Shown here one piece after another: positions 29,372 through 45,789 of a stretch of DNA of 64,000 bases. Positions within the stretch are counted from its first letter, which is position 1; each line of letters begins with the position of its first letter. The stretch lies in the NCBI GenBank assembly GCA_012295275.1, contig CM022671.1:1984001-2048000 (forward strand), given 5' to 3'. The DNA is from Chrysomallon squamiferum (taxonomy: Eukaryota; Animalia; Mollusca). A model generated the notes under the pieces. The model saw only the letters and a list, made by a program, of their open reading frames with translations, searched no databases and was not told where the DNA came from. A program made the translations under genes and the position numbers.

Positions 29372-32300
29372 ATGTATTTCTACCTGCTGGTCTGTCTGTC
29401 TGTCTGTCAAAGTCGTTATTTTTGACTATCTGCTTATCTCACGTCACATTTACAGACTGATATATCACTAACATAAAACTTCTCATGCTTTTTTATCTGC
29501 TTAGCCAGCAGAAAATATAGATTTGTTTTTAATTTTTTTTTTTTCTTACGAATTCATTCTGCCGTGAATTTTGCTGGCAGAGTTAAACGTTTTGTTGGCG
29601 CGGTCACGTAGACGCCCACGCAGTTTGGACATCACAAGTAAACTGCTTTATTCTGTCTGGTCTAGACTGAAACTAATAGATTAGTTTCGTGCACCTATCT
29701 GCACACAGCACAGATCAGTGGCTAATGTGTCAGATCACTGTAATATTCAGGAGATCTGGAACAAAGGAATCTTTTGTGTGAACTTTTTCCCACGGCTTAG
29801 CCCATAATCGATCTTTGACATTCAGTTCCTTGAGACTTGCTCCAAAGAAAATGATAAATAGTGTCACTTGAAACGGTTCGATCCCACAGACATTGGGATG
29901 TAAGATGAACATATGAATGATTAAGAGAAAGTATGCTCATTTCGCATTAACAGAACATTAAATCTGTTAGATGAGATAAATTCGTCAAAAATAATTCGGC
30001 AAAGTTAATTAGACGTCATTTCTGTATACTGCATATTATGTACGAATAAAATGTATTGTTAACTATCTCACAGAAAAGGCCTTCCAACTTAATGAACTGT
30101 TACGAATAACAGACCTGCAAATACTGCCTGAGAATGTTAAAAAAATAATAATAACAATAATAAGAAAGAAATACAAAATATCTGAATTAACAAGTAGAAT
30201 TGTGTTTATATGTGCTGTAGGCAAAGTCACAGAATTTTAGGAAAGAGGCCAAATGAAAAAAGAAGATTCTTGCTATTTTATTTCACAGCAAGGAGCTTGT
30301 TTTGAATGTAATAATCTATTGAAATACTGGATACAATATCATTTTCTCAGTGGCCTGAAGTATTTTAACTGTTAAAAGGAAGCACAGGGTAATCTTGGAT
30401 GAACTGCTAGCCATGACCTATCTGATAGTGCAAAACCTTGGTTTTTATCCGTCATCAAACTGTTCGTGGAAGCCGAAGGCAGCGTTTTAGTCCTTATATA
30501 AACATGGTTCTCTCTGTTTTACCTCGCAGTGCATCTTATCCTAGACAGTACGATCAGCTTTGATGTCGACACGAAAACTGTGGATCTAAACAAGCAGCAG
30601 TAACCACCCAGCATGCACAGCTTGGTGCGTGCTTTGAAATGCACGTATTCACTCGTCTAGCGGTAACACAGCAAAGACAAAATAGCAAATAAATGTGTAA
30701 TTACGGATGGACGCCCAGAAGGTAATATCAGCATGAATTCAGTCGGACATCTGGAATAAACAGACATTAATAGTGGTTCATATCAACGATGCTTAGAGTT
30801 TAATTTGTTTCCATCCAATTTTGTTAGAGTAACTGCTGAATATTAGCATAAATAATATATTAATATTGTATTTTAATTAACGACTTTAAAGCTAAACATA
30901 TTTTTCACTGACGTCTTTTTCGTCTTCTCATGTTATTATATACAAATTCTTAATAAGCATAGTAATGCATAGATAGAACGCATTCTCTATTTATAGAAAC
31001 GATCAGTCCTTAGAAAGGCGTTAGTTATTTTCTACATGCAAAAGCCTGTCATTAAAGCGTTTTACAATTCATAAATGTCAGTGTTTTCTTCTTTTTTCTT
31101 TCTTTCTTTCTTCGTTCATTACAAATTTTGTCTTTTCGGATCAAATTGTTCATTGAATAAAATTATGAATGTGTCTTAATCTTCTTATTCTTCATTATCA
31201 TCATCATCATCATCATCACAATCATCATCATCAGCTTCGTCTTTTTCTTCTTCTGTTTCTTCGTCTCTTCTCTGCTTTCTTCTATTCTTTTAATAATTTG
31301 TTTTCTTGTAATGGACGTCATTATTAAATATGTAATTTTATTTAACATGGGATAGTCCAACATTTCAAAGAAATTTCTATTTGTGAACGATATATTCGAA
31401 TGACTGTACTTTCTTTTTCACAACCGAACTTTTAATCCGTTCATTTAATCGGTGTGCTGTTTTGAAAGGTATGCAGCTGTTTTAGTGCTGTCAAAACAGG
31501 TTTAATGGCTGAATAATTTAACACTTTTCTACAATCCCATTGCTAAAATGAATAACTACTTATGGAAAATTATCGATGATGTGTGAAAAATATTAAGATA
31601 TCGGAATCATAATGTTGTTTACCATTTTTCACGTCCCGCTTGAATAAAAGGGCTAAGAAAGAAATCTAACGAAATAACAGAGCATCAGAAATTACTTTTA
31701 TGTTTGCGAAGTCAACAGGACTAATTACGCTTCAGTGCAGTAGGATACGTTTAGGTGTAAGGTAAACATAAATTACGTGTGTGGGATTGAGTGAGGTTAA
31801 ATGTAAGAGTGGGCGGTACCTGCCAGCCCCGCCCGACTGATGACCGTGTGGGCGGGTTATAAAAGGTGAGTTTGATGGCGATGATTAATTTTAAATACAC
31901 ACATATATATATATTTACAAATCTACTTATAAACAAGCATGCAAGCACCATACATACGTACAAGCACACACGCAGACACAGGCTCAGAAACGCACACGTG
32001 CTTCCAGGCTCACGGCATTGGACGTTTATAAAACACAACAATGCATTTCTCACATTCCTCTGAACGGTTGGTTTAATTTGTTCGTTGTTTGCTTCGTGTA
32101 GGAGATTAACGAGGAACACAGATACTTTGTGTGCAAGTGCGACCGGCCTGTCTCCAGGCGCAGTGCAATAAAGTGCACAAGAACGGCGCCAACAATCACC
32201 AGCGTACGGCGTCAACGCTGTACCAAGTTACTCTCTTCTCTCACAAAGTCTTATATTGATTGTGACGTGTCGAGGCCTTGCTGGCCTCTTTGATACACCC

Positions 32301-33192
32301 AGTGCTGTAGACACAGTGTGCCACACACTTCTGTCTTCTTTTCATTCCTTCCCTGTACTGCCTTATTTTTTATTAAATTTATTATTTTATTTTTTAATAA
32401 TCAAAGGTTATCTTTTCTTTGTTTCTATAAATTGTGCCAATAACTTCTTTATTTCTTTCTATTTTTCTATTTTTGTCCGTCTTTCTTTCGTCTTAGGGAC
32501 ATTTATCTTTCTTCTGGCTTTCATTCAAACCGGTATTTATTTGTCTCTTCATTTCTTTCTTTCGTTTTATCCCTTCCTTCTTGGTTAAATTGTTCCTTTC
32601 ATTATTTTATTTTAATTTTTTTTTTTTTTTACTTCATTTTTTTCCATCACGAAATCTACTACAACAGCATACGTCGTTGATATGTTGATAAAAAGTTAAC
32701 GACCGCGATAACCCAGTTGTCTCATTACTAAATACATTTCCTGATTTTTTGTTTTTGTTTAGCGATCACTTTCTGGGAACAGTATTAATGTCACAAACAT
32801 GCCAGAGTGTTAACGTTTGACCTACATTGCAAGATGAAAAATGAATAAGGGTTTTAAACTTAGAGGTGCGAATGATTCAGTTGCTGAATATTTTGTTTTA
32901 ATGACTCTTTGGTGCATTAATGCTGTCAAAACGATTATTACAGATGAAGGAATACTTAGTATATACTTATGCTGCTCGTGTTTAAGGTCATGAAGATAAA
33001 TTAAGTACAGCGGTCTGTGAATAAAAAAGAAAGTGACAGAAAATAAATGTTGAGGAAATATTTTAGTTGAAGAATAAAATATAACTTGACTTCCATTACG
33101 AGAAATGTCAGAATAATTCAGTGTCGCCATGACACCGGAACTGCGAGTTCTGTGTTATTAGTACCTCTAGAATTCCACTTCAGCTTATATAA

Positions 33193-33248
<56 letters not shown>

Positions 33249-34167
33249 TTTTCATAGTACTAATAATGATGATGATGATTATAATGATAAAAATATTAAT
33301 GTAAATAAATAAATATATAGAAAATATTGTTTAACATTTCAAACATTTAATAAAACCCACTATAGTGGTTAAAAAGTAGAGATATTAAAAAGATAATAAT
33401 ACTCTTATCAAACCGACCTCCTTTGCACACGTAATATAAAAATTATGAAGCGACTGATAGCAACAGACAGAAAGATAAAAAGAATATGTTACTAATGTAC
33501 GAAAAGCTTGGACTGACATTTGCAATTATCTCTGCAATTCATTTGCCCTCACCAGCAATGTGTACTCCCAGTGACTTTCTCAACAAACACTTCGTGCATT
33601 AGTTACGTTTCTTGATTTTCGGGGATTTATGTTACCACAGATGGAAAAAAAAGCATATTATGAAGTTAGACAGCGTAAAATCACAATTTAATGGCATAAA
33701 AAAGCCAGGTTTAGGTTTTCAGCGATCGTTTAACACAAAATGGATTTGTGGTATCAGATCTGAATAAAAATGTTGCTGGTTTTAAAATTAATGGAATTTG
33801 TGGAATTTAATCTGCCGATGTAGTTTTGACTCGCTGAGTAAAAATATTCACTGGAAAGTGCATCGTTGACATTTGTTTCTGTATCATATTGTGTATCTGA
33901 TTCTCTGAGCATTGTGTGTGTATGCGTTTATGATGTCAGTGTATTATAAACGTTATATGGCTGAGTGAATTACATTTTGTATGTATGTATGTATGCATGT
34001 ACGTATGTACCTATGTATGAATGTATGTACGTTCGTATATATGTATGTGTGTATTTATGTTTCTGAATGTCTGTATATGTGTATGTATGTATCCACGTAA
34101 TGTATGAGTGTTAGAGTGTGTATATAAGTATATAAGTAATCTGAAATACGAAATGAAAACTGAATAA

Positions 34168-34620
34168 ATAGGGTAAGGTGGGGTACTTCTGGCACCCTTT
34201 TCCATTCAACCTCACCTACAGTTTCATAGACAAAGGGGAACAACAAAATGGAGTGAATAATGCCTAGTATATTCATTTGTGCTTCAAAATACATAAACAC
34301 TATATACTTTTAAAATGGGAACCAGATTAAAAATTGTTTCAGTGGCCAGATTTAACCCGAAGATTTGGGATAAATCTGCCCCCACATTCATGATGTATTT
34401 TGGTCCTCAAATTTGTTGTACTGATTATTGGTATGTAATCATTGTTTACAACTAATAATAATTAGTCCTAATAATAATACAAGTCAGATTCAAAACTTGA
34501 ATAAAGTAAACTCCTTGACAAATATCACACAAGAATACAATAAAACTCAGAATGGACAAAATCAATGCCAAAACTATTGATTTCACTGCCACATATGGGG
34601 ACCAGAATTGCCCCAAGTGG
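34168..34620. mobile_element. Possible decayed Tc1/pogo-type DNA transposon end
   Basis: TA followed by gggtaaggtggggtacttctggcacc, with related GGGG...CCCC sub-terminal motifs near 34367 and 34596. No matching right TIR was seen. Confidence 0.3.
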
Positions 34621-35076
34621 TGGAGTAAAATAAAACACAGATTTCTTGCCTAATTTCCACATATTAATCAAGTTTCTTCTGCTGAATTTAAGAACTGATT
34701 ATATGTTTACCTGTTATAAGTTATCATTAATCTTATGTCTATAGGACTAAAAAAATAACACTCACTTTTGAAACCTCAAAATGCACTTTTTTTCATTACT
34801 TTTATGGCCACTATACTTCCCATGTAAATGGCTGATTACCTACATCCTTTGTTCTAATAAGAGGTAGGAAAGTTCTGTTTATATCAACAAAGATCCCTAA
34901 CAGAGCAGTATAATGGTTGTATGTTAAAATACATCTCTACCTGTGTTTCTAACTAATTTGTGTTATTTTCAGTAAGAATATATACAAAAAATAAGTCGAT
35001 TTTTTAACCTCCAAAGTGCATAGATAGTTATGTTATCAATTCTTGAAAAAAGAAAAAAATGTATCCTTTTTGTATC

Positions 35077-35164
<88 letters not shown>

Positions 35165-36093
35165 AGAAAAATGCATATAAAATGCTCATGTGCTTATATT
35201 CACATACATCTACATAGATAAATAATCACGTGGGTGGTTGTCTGATATTTTGTTTTCGCTAATTTCTCTATCATCACCTGAATAACTCTGTTCAGTTTGT
35301 ACGGAGATGAAAACTTAATTATTATCTATACAAAATTAAAAAACCCACAGAAAAACAACATTCTGCTTTTCTTTCTGAGGGTTTTTCAGTTTAACAGCAA
35401 AATCGCCACTTTTCCAATTTAAGAGTTTTTGAAATCAGATTTTAGAAAAAAAAGAAATGTGTGTGTATGTAAAAATATACATCGCAAACCATTTTTCGTA
35501 CAGTCTGATATGTAATTTAATACGAAAGTTATGCGAGACATTTATTTTTATCCATGAAGAACTCGATAAGAGACTGTTAAGTGTATGAATAAATATTCAC
35601 ACCATGAACACAGAATATCTCTATTATGCAACAAAATACTCATAGAAAGAGTGAGATATTTCTAGTCATAGTGTGTCAGATGTAATTATTTAAATGTCTA
35701 CAGACAGAAAAAAGTATATAATGATAAAAAAAAGGAAGATATTTAAAGAACGAATGTAAAATTATAATGAATGATAATATAAAATATGAAATTATAAAAT
35801 ACTATAAAATCAGGAATTAATCTCCTTTTTTCTCTCTATTTCTCTTTTCTTTCTCTATCTATCTGTCTATCTATCTATCTGTCAGGCTGCCTCTCTGTCT
35901 ATCTATCTATCTATCTATCTGTCTGTTTATCTATCTATCTGTCCATCTATATATTCCAGTATCTGACTATTAATCCATATTTCTGTCTCTTCCTTCGTTC
36001 TATCTTTCTTTTGATTTCTAATTCTCTGCTTCTCTTTCCATTTTTCTTTTTAAGTCCTTTAGTCTCTCCCATTCTCTCAACAGAGGCTTAGGC

Positions 36094-36252
36094 GTATGTA
36101 TGTATGTATGTATGTATGTATGTATGTATGTGTATGTATGTATGTATGTTTGTATGTATGTACGTATGTATGTGTATGTATGTATGTATGTATGTATGTA
36201 TGTATGTATGTATGTATGTATGTATGTATGTATGTATGTATGTATGTATGTG

Positions 36253-36283
<31 letters not shown>

Positions 36284-36498
36284 TTGTATGTATGTATGTA
36301 TGTATGTATGTATGTATGTTTGTATGTATGTATGTATGTATGTATGTATGTATGTATGTATGTATGTATGTATGTATGTATGTATGTATGTATGTATGTA
36401 TGTATGTCTGTCTGTATGTATGTATGTATGTATGTATGTATGTATGTACGTATGTATGTATGTATGTATGTATGTATGTATGTGTATATGTATGTATA
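36094..36498. repeat. (TATG)n microsatellite
   Basis: Read directly from the sequence. Confidence 0.95.
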
Positions 36499-37286
36499 TA
36501 TGCGATGGAATGGTTTTCTGACTTCATCAGTGTATAAATACTATAATGTTATCAAAAATTATAAGAAGTGAATCAGTTTTGTTTTCAAATTATTAAAAAA
36601 AAAAAAAAAAAAAACAAGATCGGAAAAGTTTTTAAAAAGAAGGAAAAAAAAAAAAAAGAAAAGAAATAAAGTTGAGTTACTTCATTTCATTTCGTGGAAA
36701 TGCACCTGAACTATAGCAGCGCAAGTAAAGTAGGCGATTATACATTATTTCGCTGAACGCATTTTAATCGTTGTAATTTCCCCCACACACTTGCACGTTT
36801 TTCCCTCACGTGGTCGCGAATTAACCCCTCCCACGTCACGCACACTGGCCGCTTAATAGTTTCTGCAAATGTCACTGGATTCACACAGTTACATCATTTA
36901 ACAGCTTCCCACGTTTTAAGTAGCTTTGTAAATATTATCACAATAAAATATAAGATTAGCTACCAGAAAACCATTAGGTTCGATTCTTATCAAAGGTCGT
37001 TTCCGACCAATTACGATTTAGAAAAAAAAAAAAAAAATAAAATAAAAAAAAAATGGAAACATCTCAGAATTTCGTTGATGTAAACGTTTATGGTTATGAA
37101 ATAATGACAAGACCGAGAACGACACAAAGTCAACAGTAACAATGTGAGAGGAACGATAATTGTGTTGTATAAAATCAATTTAATATTTTAACACTCATTA
37201 TGTTTCAATTCATTTATGCAAAATCAAAAAATGATGTATTAAAAAAGCCATCAAAAACAAACTTTCTAGATAATTCTATACGTATG

Positions 37287-37428
<142 letters not shown>

Positions 37429-37841
37429 GGTTAAAGACACGTATTCATACATGAAGTAACAGTTACGGCCTACACATGTAAACAGTCTGAATAAAATATA
37501 TGCAACTCGGTTTATTAGGTTAGTGACTAAGAAATATTCTTTGTATATGCAATGAATGCAGCAAGACATATAAAGAAAATAAAGGATCAGTGCAAGTAAA
37601 CGGAGAGTGAAAGGTAGAACAAAAACAACAAACAAAATATGTGTAAAAAAATAAAATATTATGCTCTACTTAAAGGGATTGTTTGGGCACTGTTCAGCTC
37701 CACATTTAAATTTAAGATTTATCGATAAAAGAACTACAAAGTGTCATGAGATTTTATTTACACAAAACAGACTTATATAATAGCGTTAAGAAAATAATTA
37801 AAACAATGTGAATATATATATACATACACTCACATATACAT

Positions 37842-37930
<89 letters not shown>

Positions 37931-37997
37931 ACATTTTGAAATAAAATTTATTAATCTTAATAAAACTGAAAAGTTGAAAAATAATAAAATTACTCAC

Positions 37998-38045
37998 CAG
38001 CAGCACCAACATCGCTGTCAGTGTACCAATAAAAAGAGACGTCAT
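37998..38045 (-). CDS. Triple-VWA secreted matrix protein, coding exon 1 (signal peptide MTSLFIGTLTAMLVLL)
   Basis: ATG at 38045, 16 hydrophobic codons, then CTG|GTGAGT donor (phase 0), which matches the phase-0 start of the exon at 22836. A TATA box lies upstream. Confidence 0.75.
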
Positions 38046-38260
38046 TGTTTGTTGTTGTGTTTAACACCCTATCAAGTAATCCAGGTGATGTAGTTGACAA
38101 AACAGGTAAAGATCATAAGAGTTGTCCAAGGCCTCAATCTCGAGCGAAACAGCGCCGAGACGAAAACCGGTTGTTGCGTTTTGTGCACTTGGAGAAGTTA
38201 TCCCGAGATCGCGTGCTGGATTCACTCGAATAACTTTCATATCTTAAAGTCAGCCGGTCT

Positions 38261-38381
38261 TTTTATAATATTTTTCTTTGACACATATCGAGACGCCAAT
38301 GACAAAAGAGGCGGGGCTACTATGGGGGCAGTTGCTGAATGGATGATGCGTTTTGTGATTGACAGCTATATCGAGGCGGGT
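38261..38381 (-). promoter_or_regulatory. Putative core promoter of the VWA gene (TATA, CCAAT, GC boxes)
   Basis: TATAAAA on the minus strand at 38261-38267, about 215 nt upstream of the ATG. CCAAT at 38296-38300; GAGGCGGGGC at 38308-38317 and GAGGCGGG near 38373; locally CpG-rich. Confidence 0.55.
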
Positions 38382-38820
38382 TTCTGAGACTTCATGCAAA
38401 TATCAGTGGAGATGATAATCGGCTTGAGTTCCGCAAATAGCGCATCAATGAGCGGCTACCAGTTAAACATGAATGGCGTGAATCTGGGTCACGTCTGCTG
38501 TGAGGATGGCAAAGCATGTGACCCACGCGAAACAGACTGACCTAATAGTTTCACAAGTCTTTCTCCTCTTTATTTTAAAAACACATTCACTTACTTTTTT
38601 ATCCCTTTATCAGTTTGTCTCTCCACCTTCCAACTCAGTCCACCCTTTCACTGGTGCCCCACCCATTAATACTTTAATACACCCCATCATTTGCTCCACC
38701 CATTCTCAGATACATCAGTGTTTCTCATTGATCGTTTGTTGTTTATTTTTATTTTATTAATAAGGTTTTCTACCTACTAGTGCTACTACTACTACTACTA
38801 CTGTTACTATTACTACTGTC

Positions 38821-38867
<47 letters not shown>

Positions 38868-40611
38868 CAACAACAACAGCATTAAGAGCATTCTATTAAT
38901 TAAGAAAGAAATGAATATAAAAATAGACTTTAACAGATTAAATTAATGTAGTTAATTACATGCTAAAAATCATACATTTATTAATGTTACGTTGTACTAT
39001 TTCAGTTCTTAAAACCACTAAAACAGAATGTTAAATACCAAACCGTTGTCAAATACTATTAGCCATTTAATTCTGAAAATATTATGTTTCTTTGAATTTC
39101 GTGTTGTCTGTTTACTAGTAATAGTTCATTTATTTCGTACGTAAACTAAAAGTAGCTGAAAGAAAAAGTATTTTAATCTTAATTCGTTCCTCATTTTATT
39201 ATTTAATATGAGTGAGATGTAAAAACAATATAGATTTGTCCTTGTGTATTATTCTCATTTACATTTTGTTTCTGTTATTTTTTCTTCTGTTTAAACCTGT
39301 TATATGCTCATTCAGTTGAATGCTATTTTTGTGCGCAAGTGGCTTTTTTATTTTTCCTTCTTAATTTCTTCATATATTCTTTTCTACTTTATTTATTTAT
39401 TTATTTATTTATTTTTTTATTTTTTTTTTATTTTTTTATTATTATTATTATTATTTTTTTTTTTTTTTGGTCTTTGTATAAAATTTTCTTAATCTAATGG
39501 GTTTTTCACTCTTAACTGAGATCTTTTCTTTTTACTTTTTTTTTTTTTTTGAGCAACAGCAGAAACAACAACATTATTTAATAATTTAAAAAAAAAAAAA
39601 AACAATAAAATAATAATAAATTTAAACATTTAAAAAAATCAAAGTATAAAAAGAAAATAGGGCCTGTTATCTCTTGAAAGTGTCTAAATTAAATAAAGAA
39701 AGAAAGAAAAGAAGAAAACAGCAAAGCATCTAGACATACAGACAGATGCAAATATGCATACATACATAGATTCAATCGTACATACATAAACACACACATT
39801 CATTCATGCTTACACACATACACACACCTACATGCATACCTGCCTACCTACCTACCTAAATACATACATACATACATACATACATACATACATACATACA
39901 TACATACATACAAACACATAAATATATATATATATATATATGGAAATAATGGAACATAGGTATGCATGTAAGAATTTAAGTACCTACTGTAAATCTGTTT
40001 ATTTTGATTTTTGTTGCTGTCATTCCAGTTCTCTTAGCAGCAGAAATCAAAACGTTCACTAGAAATCGCCAGATATTTAAACCAAAACCAAGTTACTGTA
40101 TTTAGACAAAGTGGTGAAAATAATCTGGTTCTGGTCGACTGTTGTACTTGTGTATATTTTGGCAGTGGTTAACTAGACAGATCAACATTCGAGTGATATT
40201 TTTTAAAAGTAATTTTCTTGTAATATTCGTAGAATTTCACCCTGCCTAAAAGATTTTCTAGCAGTGTTATGGAAACAGTTACATTAGGTTTTATTTTATT
40301 TATTATTATTATTATTATTTAATTTTTATTATTATTATTATTTTTTTTTTTTTTTTTTTTGCGTTATGACTTAGAACTGATTAAAAATAATTTTACTATT
40401 TAAATTCCAAACATATATTTAAATGGTAAAATAAAAAAAAATGACAGACAGAGTATTCACAGTAAATATCTCAATGCAGGTATTTATACTCATGTATATA
40501 TATATATATGGCTAGACAGATAGATAGACAGACATAGTTATGCCGAGTTATAATTGTTTTAATTCCCTGATGTGCCTGCGTCTGTGTGTGTGTGTGTGTG
40601 TGTGTGTGTTT

Positions 40612-40653
<42 letters not shown>

Positions 40654-40749
40654 CTGTGTAAGACACGAATAAGGGTAGTTAATTAAATAATCCTTCTAAA
40701 TAATGTATCAAGCATTACCTCCCTTAGAAATATTACTTCGGAACTTCAC

Positions 40750-41765
40750 ATTTACTTTTATTTTTTAAAAACTATTATAAATTGTTTTTACATACAGACC
40801 AAGTGACATTAAAAATTCTAGGAATTCCTAACTGTCTAGAATACCTTTTTAATACAAATGTTCGTAAAAAAATCTATAACGGTTGTGTAATAGAAACTAT
40901 TCAAAGCATAAAATAAATAGGAAAATTCAATGGCAGCATATTTTTGGAATATCTTAACAACAAACAAGCTTTGGTATCATATGGTGTAAAAGATTCAGAT
41001 ACTTGTGAATCTTGTCACATGCTCAATGAAGATAAAATTAGTGGTTATGTAAACATGTTCACACATCCTGTAAAACTGTAGTGGTTATGTAAACATGTTC
41101 ACACATCCTGTAAAACTGTAGTGGTTATGTAAACATGTTCACACATCCTGTAAAACTGTAGTGGTTATGTAAACATGTTCACACATCCTGTAAAACTAAT
41201 TTATGACAAACAATTATTTTAGGCAACCTAAATCATTTTGAAAAAGATAATAAAATCAATTTAATATTGTTAATTGCCTAGAAGTACACATATAACTCAA
41301 AAGACAAACATCAACAATTAACTTTGACTGGATGTATTCTGAACATGTATTAATAAACGGATAAATATATATGTAAAATAAATAACGCAACAATTAAATT
41401 TGAAGAAGAATGGAAAATTTGTATAAAATGTAAATATGTCATAACCATTTAGGGATAGAAAATGCAAACATATGCAAAGATTGTATGTATTTTTATTTTT
41501 ATTTCTGCCACAATGTAGTCTTGTATATTTGTTACCAAAACATACACTTTGTTTTTATATAACAAACACTGCTAGTAATGTGTAGAACATATTTATGTTT
41601 GTTTTTTTTTTTTTTTTTTGTTACTGATAATTTGCAGACATGTATTTTAACACACTAATTTACTTTTATATTTTGTTCTATTAGCATGTATTATATATAT
41701 ATTACATTTTATAATGTCTATTCTATGGTGATATATAAATAAATAATTAAATAAATGAATAAATT
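40750..41765 (+). mobile_element. Decayed 3' end of a non-LTR retrotransposon (L1/Tx1-like ORF2 zinc-knuckle region)
   Basis: Frameshifted peptides ILTTNKL (40951) and GVKDSDTCESCHMLNED..H....C, later KFEEEWK near 41400, and an A-rich tail near 41737-41765. This resembles the CCHC C-terminus of LINE ORF2. Boundaries are approximate. Confidence 0.55.
41039..41197. repeat. 40-bp tandem repeat, 4 copies, inside the LINE remnant
   Basis: Unit gtggttatgtaaacatgttcacacatcctgtaaaactgta. Confidence 0.95.
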
Positions 41766-41959
41766 ATTATACTGACAGTATACCACATAGGTTTTCTTGA
41801 GCGAGGGTATGTTTTAGCTTTTTTCAACATGACTTGGAAGGAGGAATAAATAAAAATGTGTAGATAGGTTTGGGACCAGTCATAGTGAATATAGATTCCT
41901 TTTGTACTGTCTTTGCTTGATGAAAATATGGCAACCCTAGATATTACTGATCACAAATT

Positions 41960-42030
41960 TTAAAGGGGGTCATCGGTCATATTGAATTGCTCATAAGGGG
42001 TCGCGGTATGAAAAAGGTTGAAAACCAGTG
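41960..42030. mobile_element. Probable hAT (Charlie-like) transposon terminus remnant
   Basis: ggggtcgcggtatgaaaaaggttgaaaaccagtg resembles the aaaaaggttgagaaccactg end of hAT-Charlie elements. No partner end was found. Confidence 0.4.
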
Positions 42031-42361
42031 GTATCCACTAAATAAATAAGACACCAACAATAGTATAACTTCAGTTATTTATTTATTTACAAACATTTTG
42101 TAATCATACACAAAATAATAACAACAACTAGATTATTTACTGTTTTGGGGAAATTCAGTTTAAAATCAGTCAGCTGAATCCTAATTAAGATTACACTACA
42201 TAATGACAGGGTACCAAATCAATGGGGAAAAGTATCTTACAATACCCCGCTTATCAAAGCAAGACCAAAGTTTCATGATCTGCTGGGTTTTGTACAAAAA
42301 TATAATTAAACTTAGCCATATACACAAACATTCAGTTTGTTTATTATCTTCTTATCTCTTC

Positions 42362-44422
<2,061 letters not shown>

Positions 44423-44596
44423 GAAGGTTTACGTATAAATGGATGAATTTCTGAAGAGTAAAATCAAATTTATTCTATTCACGACAGTGAGCCTCGTTAT
44501 AAACACTGTTTAAGAACGTATTAAAAGAATAATAATTTAGGATATTCAGATGAGCCTCGTTCTGATTTTTCTGGACACACTATTTCTGTGAGAACA

Positions 44597-44694
44597 TATA
44601 AAGTGGTGACAAATAATTTATTCAACATTTATCTACTTGTGAATCACACTTAACCATTGGCACTGGCTGAAGCGATACAGACACACAGGTAATT
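44597..44694 (+). promoter_or_regulatory. Candidate TATA box and short non-coding first exon upstream of the MGAT2-like ORF
   Basis: TATAAA at 44597-44602 followed by a CAG|GTAATT donor at 44688/44689. Candidate acceptors at 45510 (tttcgttcAG), 45785 and 47404. Confidence 0.35.
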
Positions 44695-44891
44695 GTGACT
44701 GAAATTCAGCAGATAATCTTAGCCGTTTCGAGGAAACTGTTATTTATATTTTTACATTATAATACTATTTAAGAATTTCCAATTAGATTTTCTTCGTGAT
44801 AAAGATTTATTCAAAATGGTAATTTGTTTTATTTTCTTCTTTTTCTTCTTCTTCTTCTTTTTTCTTCTTATCATCATCATCATCATCATCA

Positions 44892-44938
<47 letters not shown>

Positions 44939-45789
44939 GTTGTTGTTGTTGTTACTATTATTATTATTATTCATAGTAGTAGTGGTAATGATAGTAATAG
45001 TAATAGTAGTTGTAGCAATAAAAATGGTAATAGCAGAAGAAGAAAGAACACAATTAGTAGCAGTAGTAATAGTAGTGGTAGAGGTAATAGAAACAGCAGC
45101 AGTAGTAGTAGTTGTAGAAATAGGGGTAATACTAAACTTCTTGTCTTTCTTTGCTTGCAGCTTTCACTGTTTGTTTATTAAATCATTTTTAATTAATTTA
45201 TTTGTTTATTTATTTATATCATTTCATTTCGTTTCTATGCGAACTGAAAATTATTTAATTCTCAGTGGATCAAACAAAAAAAAACGTTTTCTTTACAAAT
45301 ATCTTCCTTACTACTTTCTGAGTACTAATTTAAAATACAATAATCATTCTTTGATAGCTCACATTAAACCACTTAATGAAACAGTTGCTTGAACTGAACA
45401 ACAGTTTTACTTAAGAACACATTTGTACAATGAAGTAAGAAAAAACACGAAACACTGGAAGTGAGTGTACACTGACCCATCCTTGCTCTTTAATCTACTC
45501 TTTCGTTCAGGCTGTTGTTGACCTTTGTTAGTCTGTGAGCCAGAGTCCTAAATTTTGAGTTTGAATTTCAAATCTTAAATGAATTTCCAGTGAAGTGTTC
45601 AAAATCAACCGATGGACATTTCAGATTAGTATTTTTCTGTTCTTTTGGCGAAAATCTTTTAAGATGGCTGTTCGATTCTTCTTTTGCTCCATAGTAACTA
45701 TAGTTGAAATTGCTAACCTGATGACAATATGCACTGTGAGTAGAACTAAAGACACTACTTTAATTTCAGAAAGCAGTGTTCTCAGCGAG

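Noticed and set aside
44816-45392. Hydrophobic and Ser/Asn-rich ORFs resembling membrane proteins
   Set aside because: They derive from mixed trinucleotide repeats (TTC, ATC, ATT, GTT, AGT) without credible gene structure.
45595-45789. In-frame N-terminal extension of MGAT2 from upstream start codons
   Set aside because: The ATG at 45790 gives the typical short basic tail plus signal anchor and the expected length. The extension is unsupported but not excluded.
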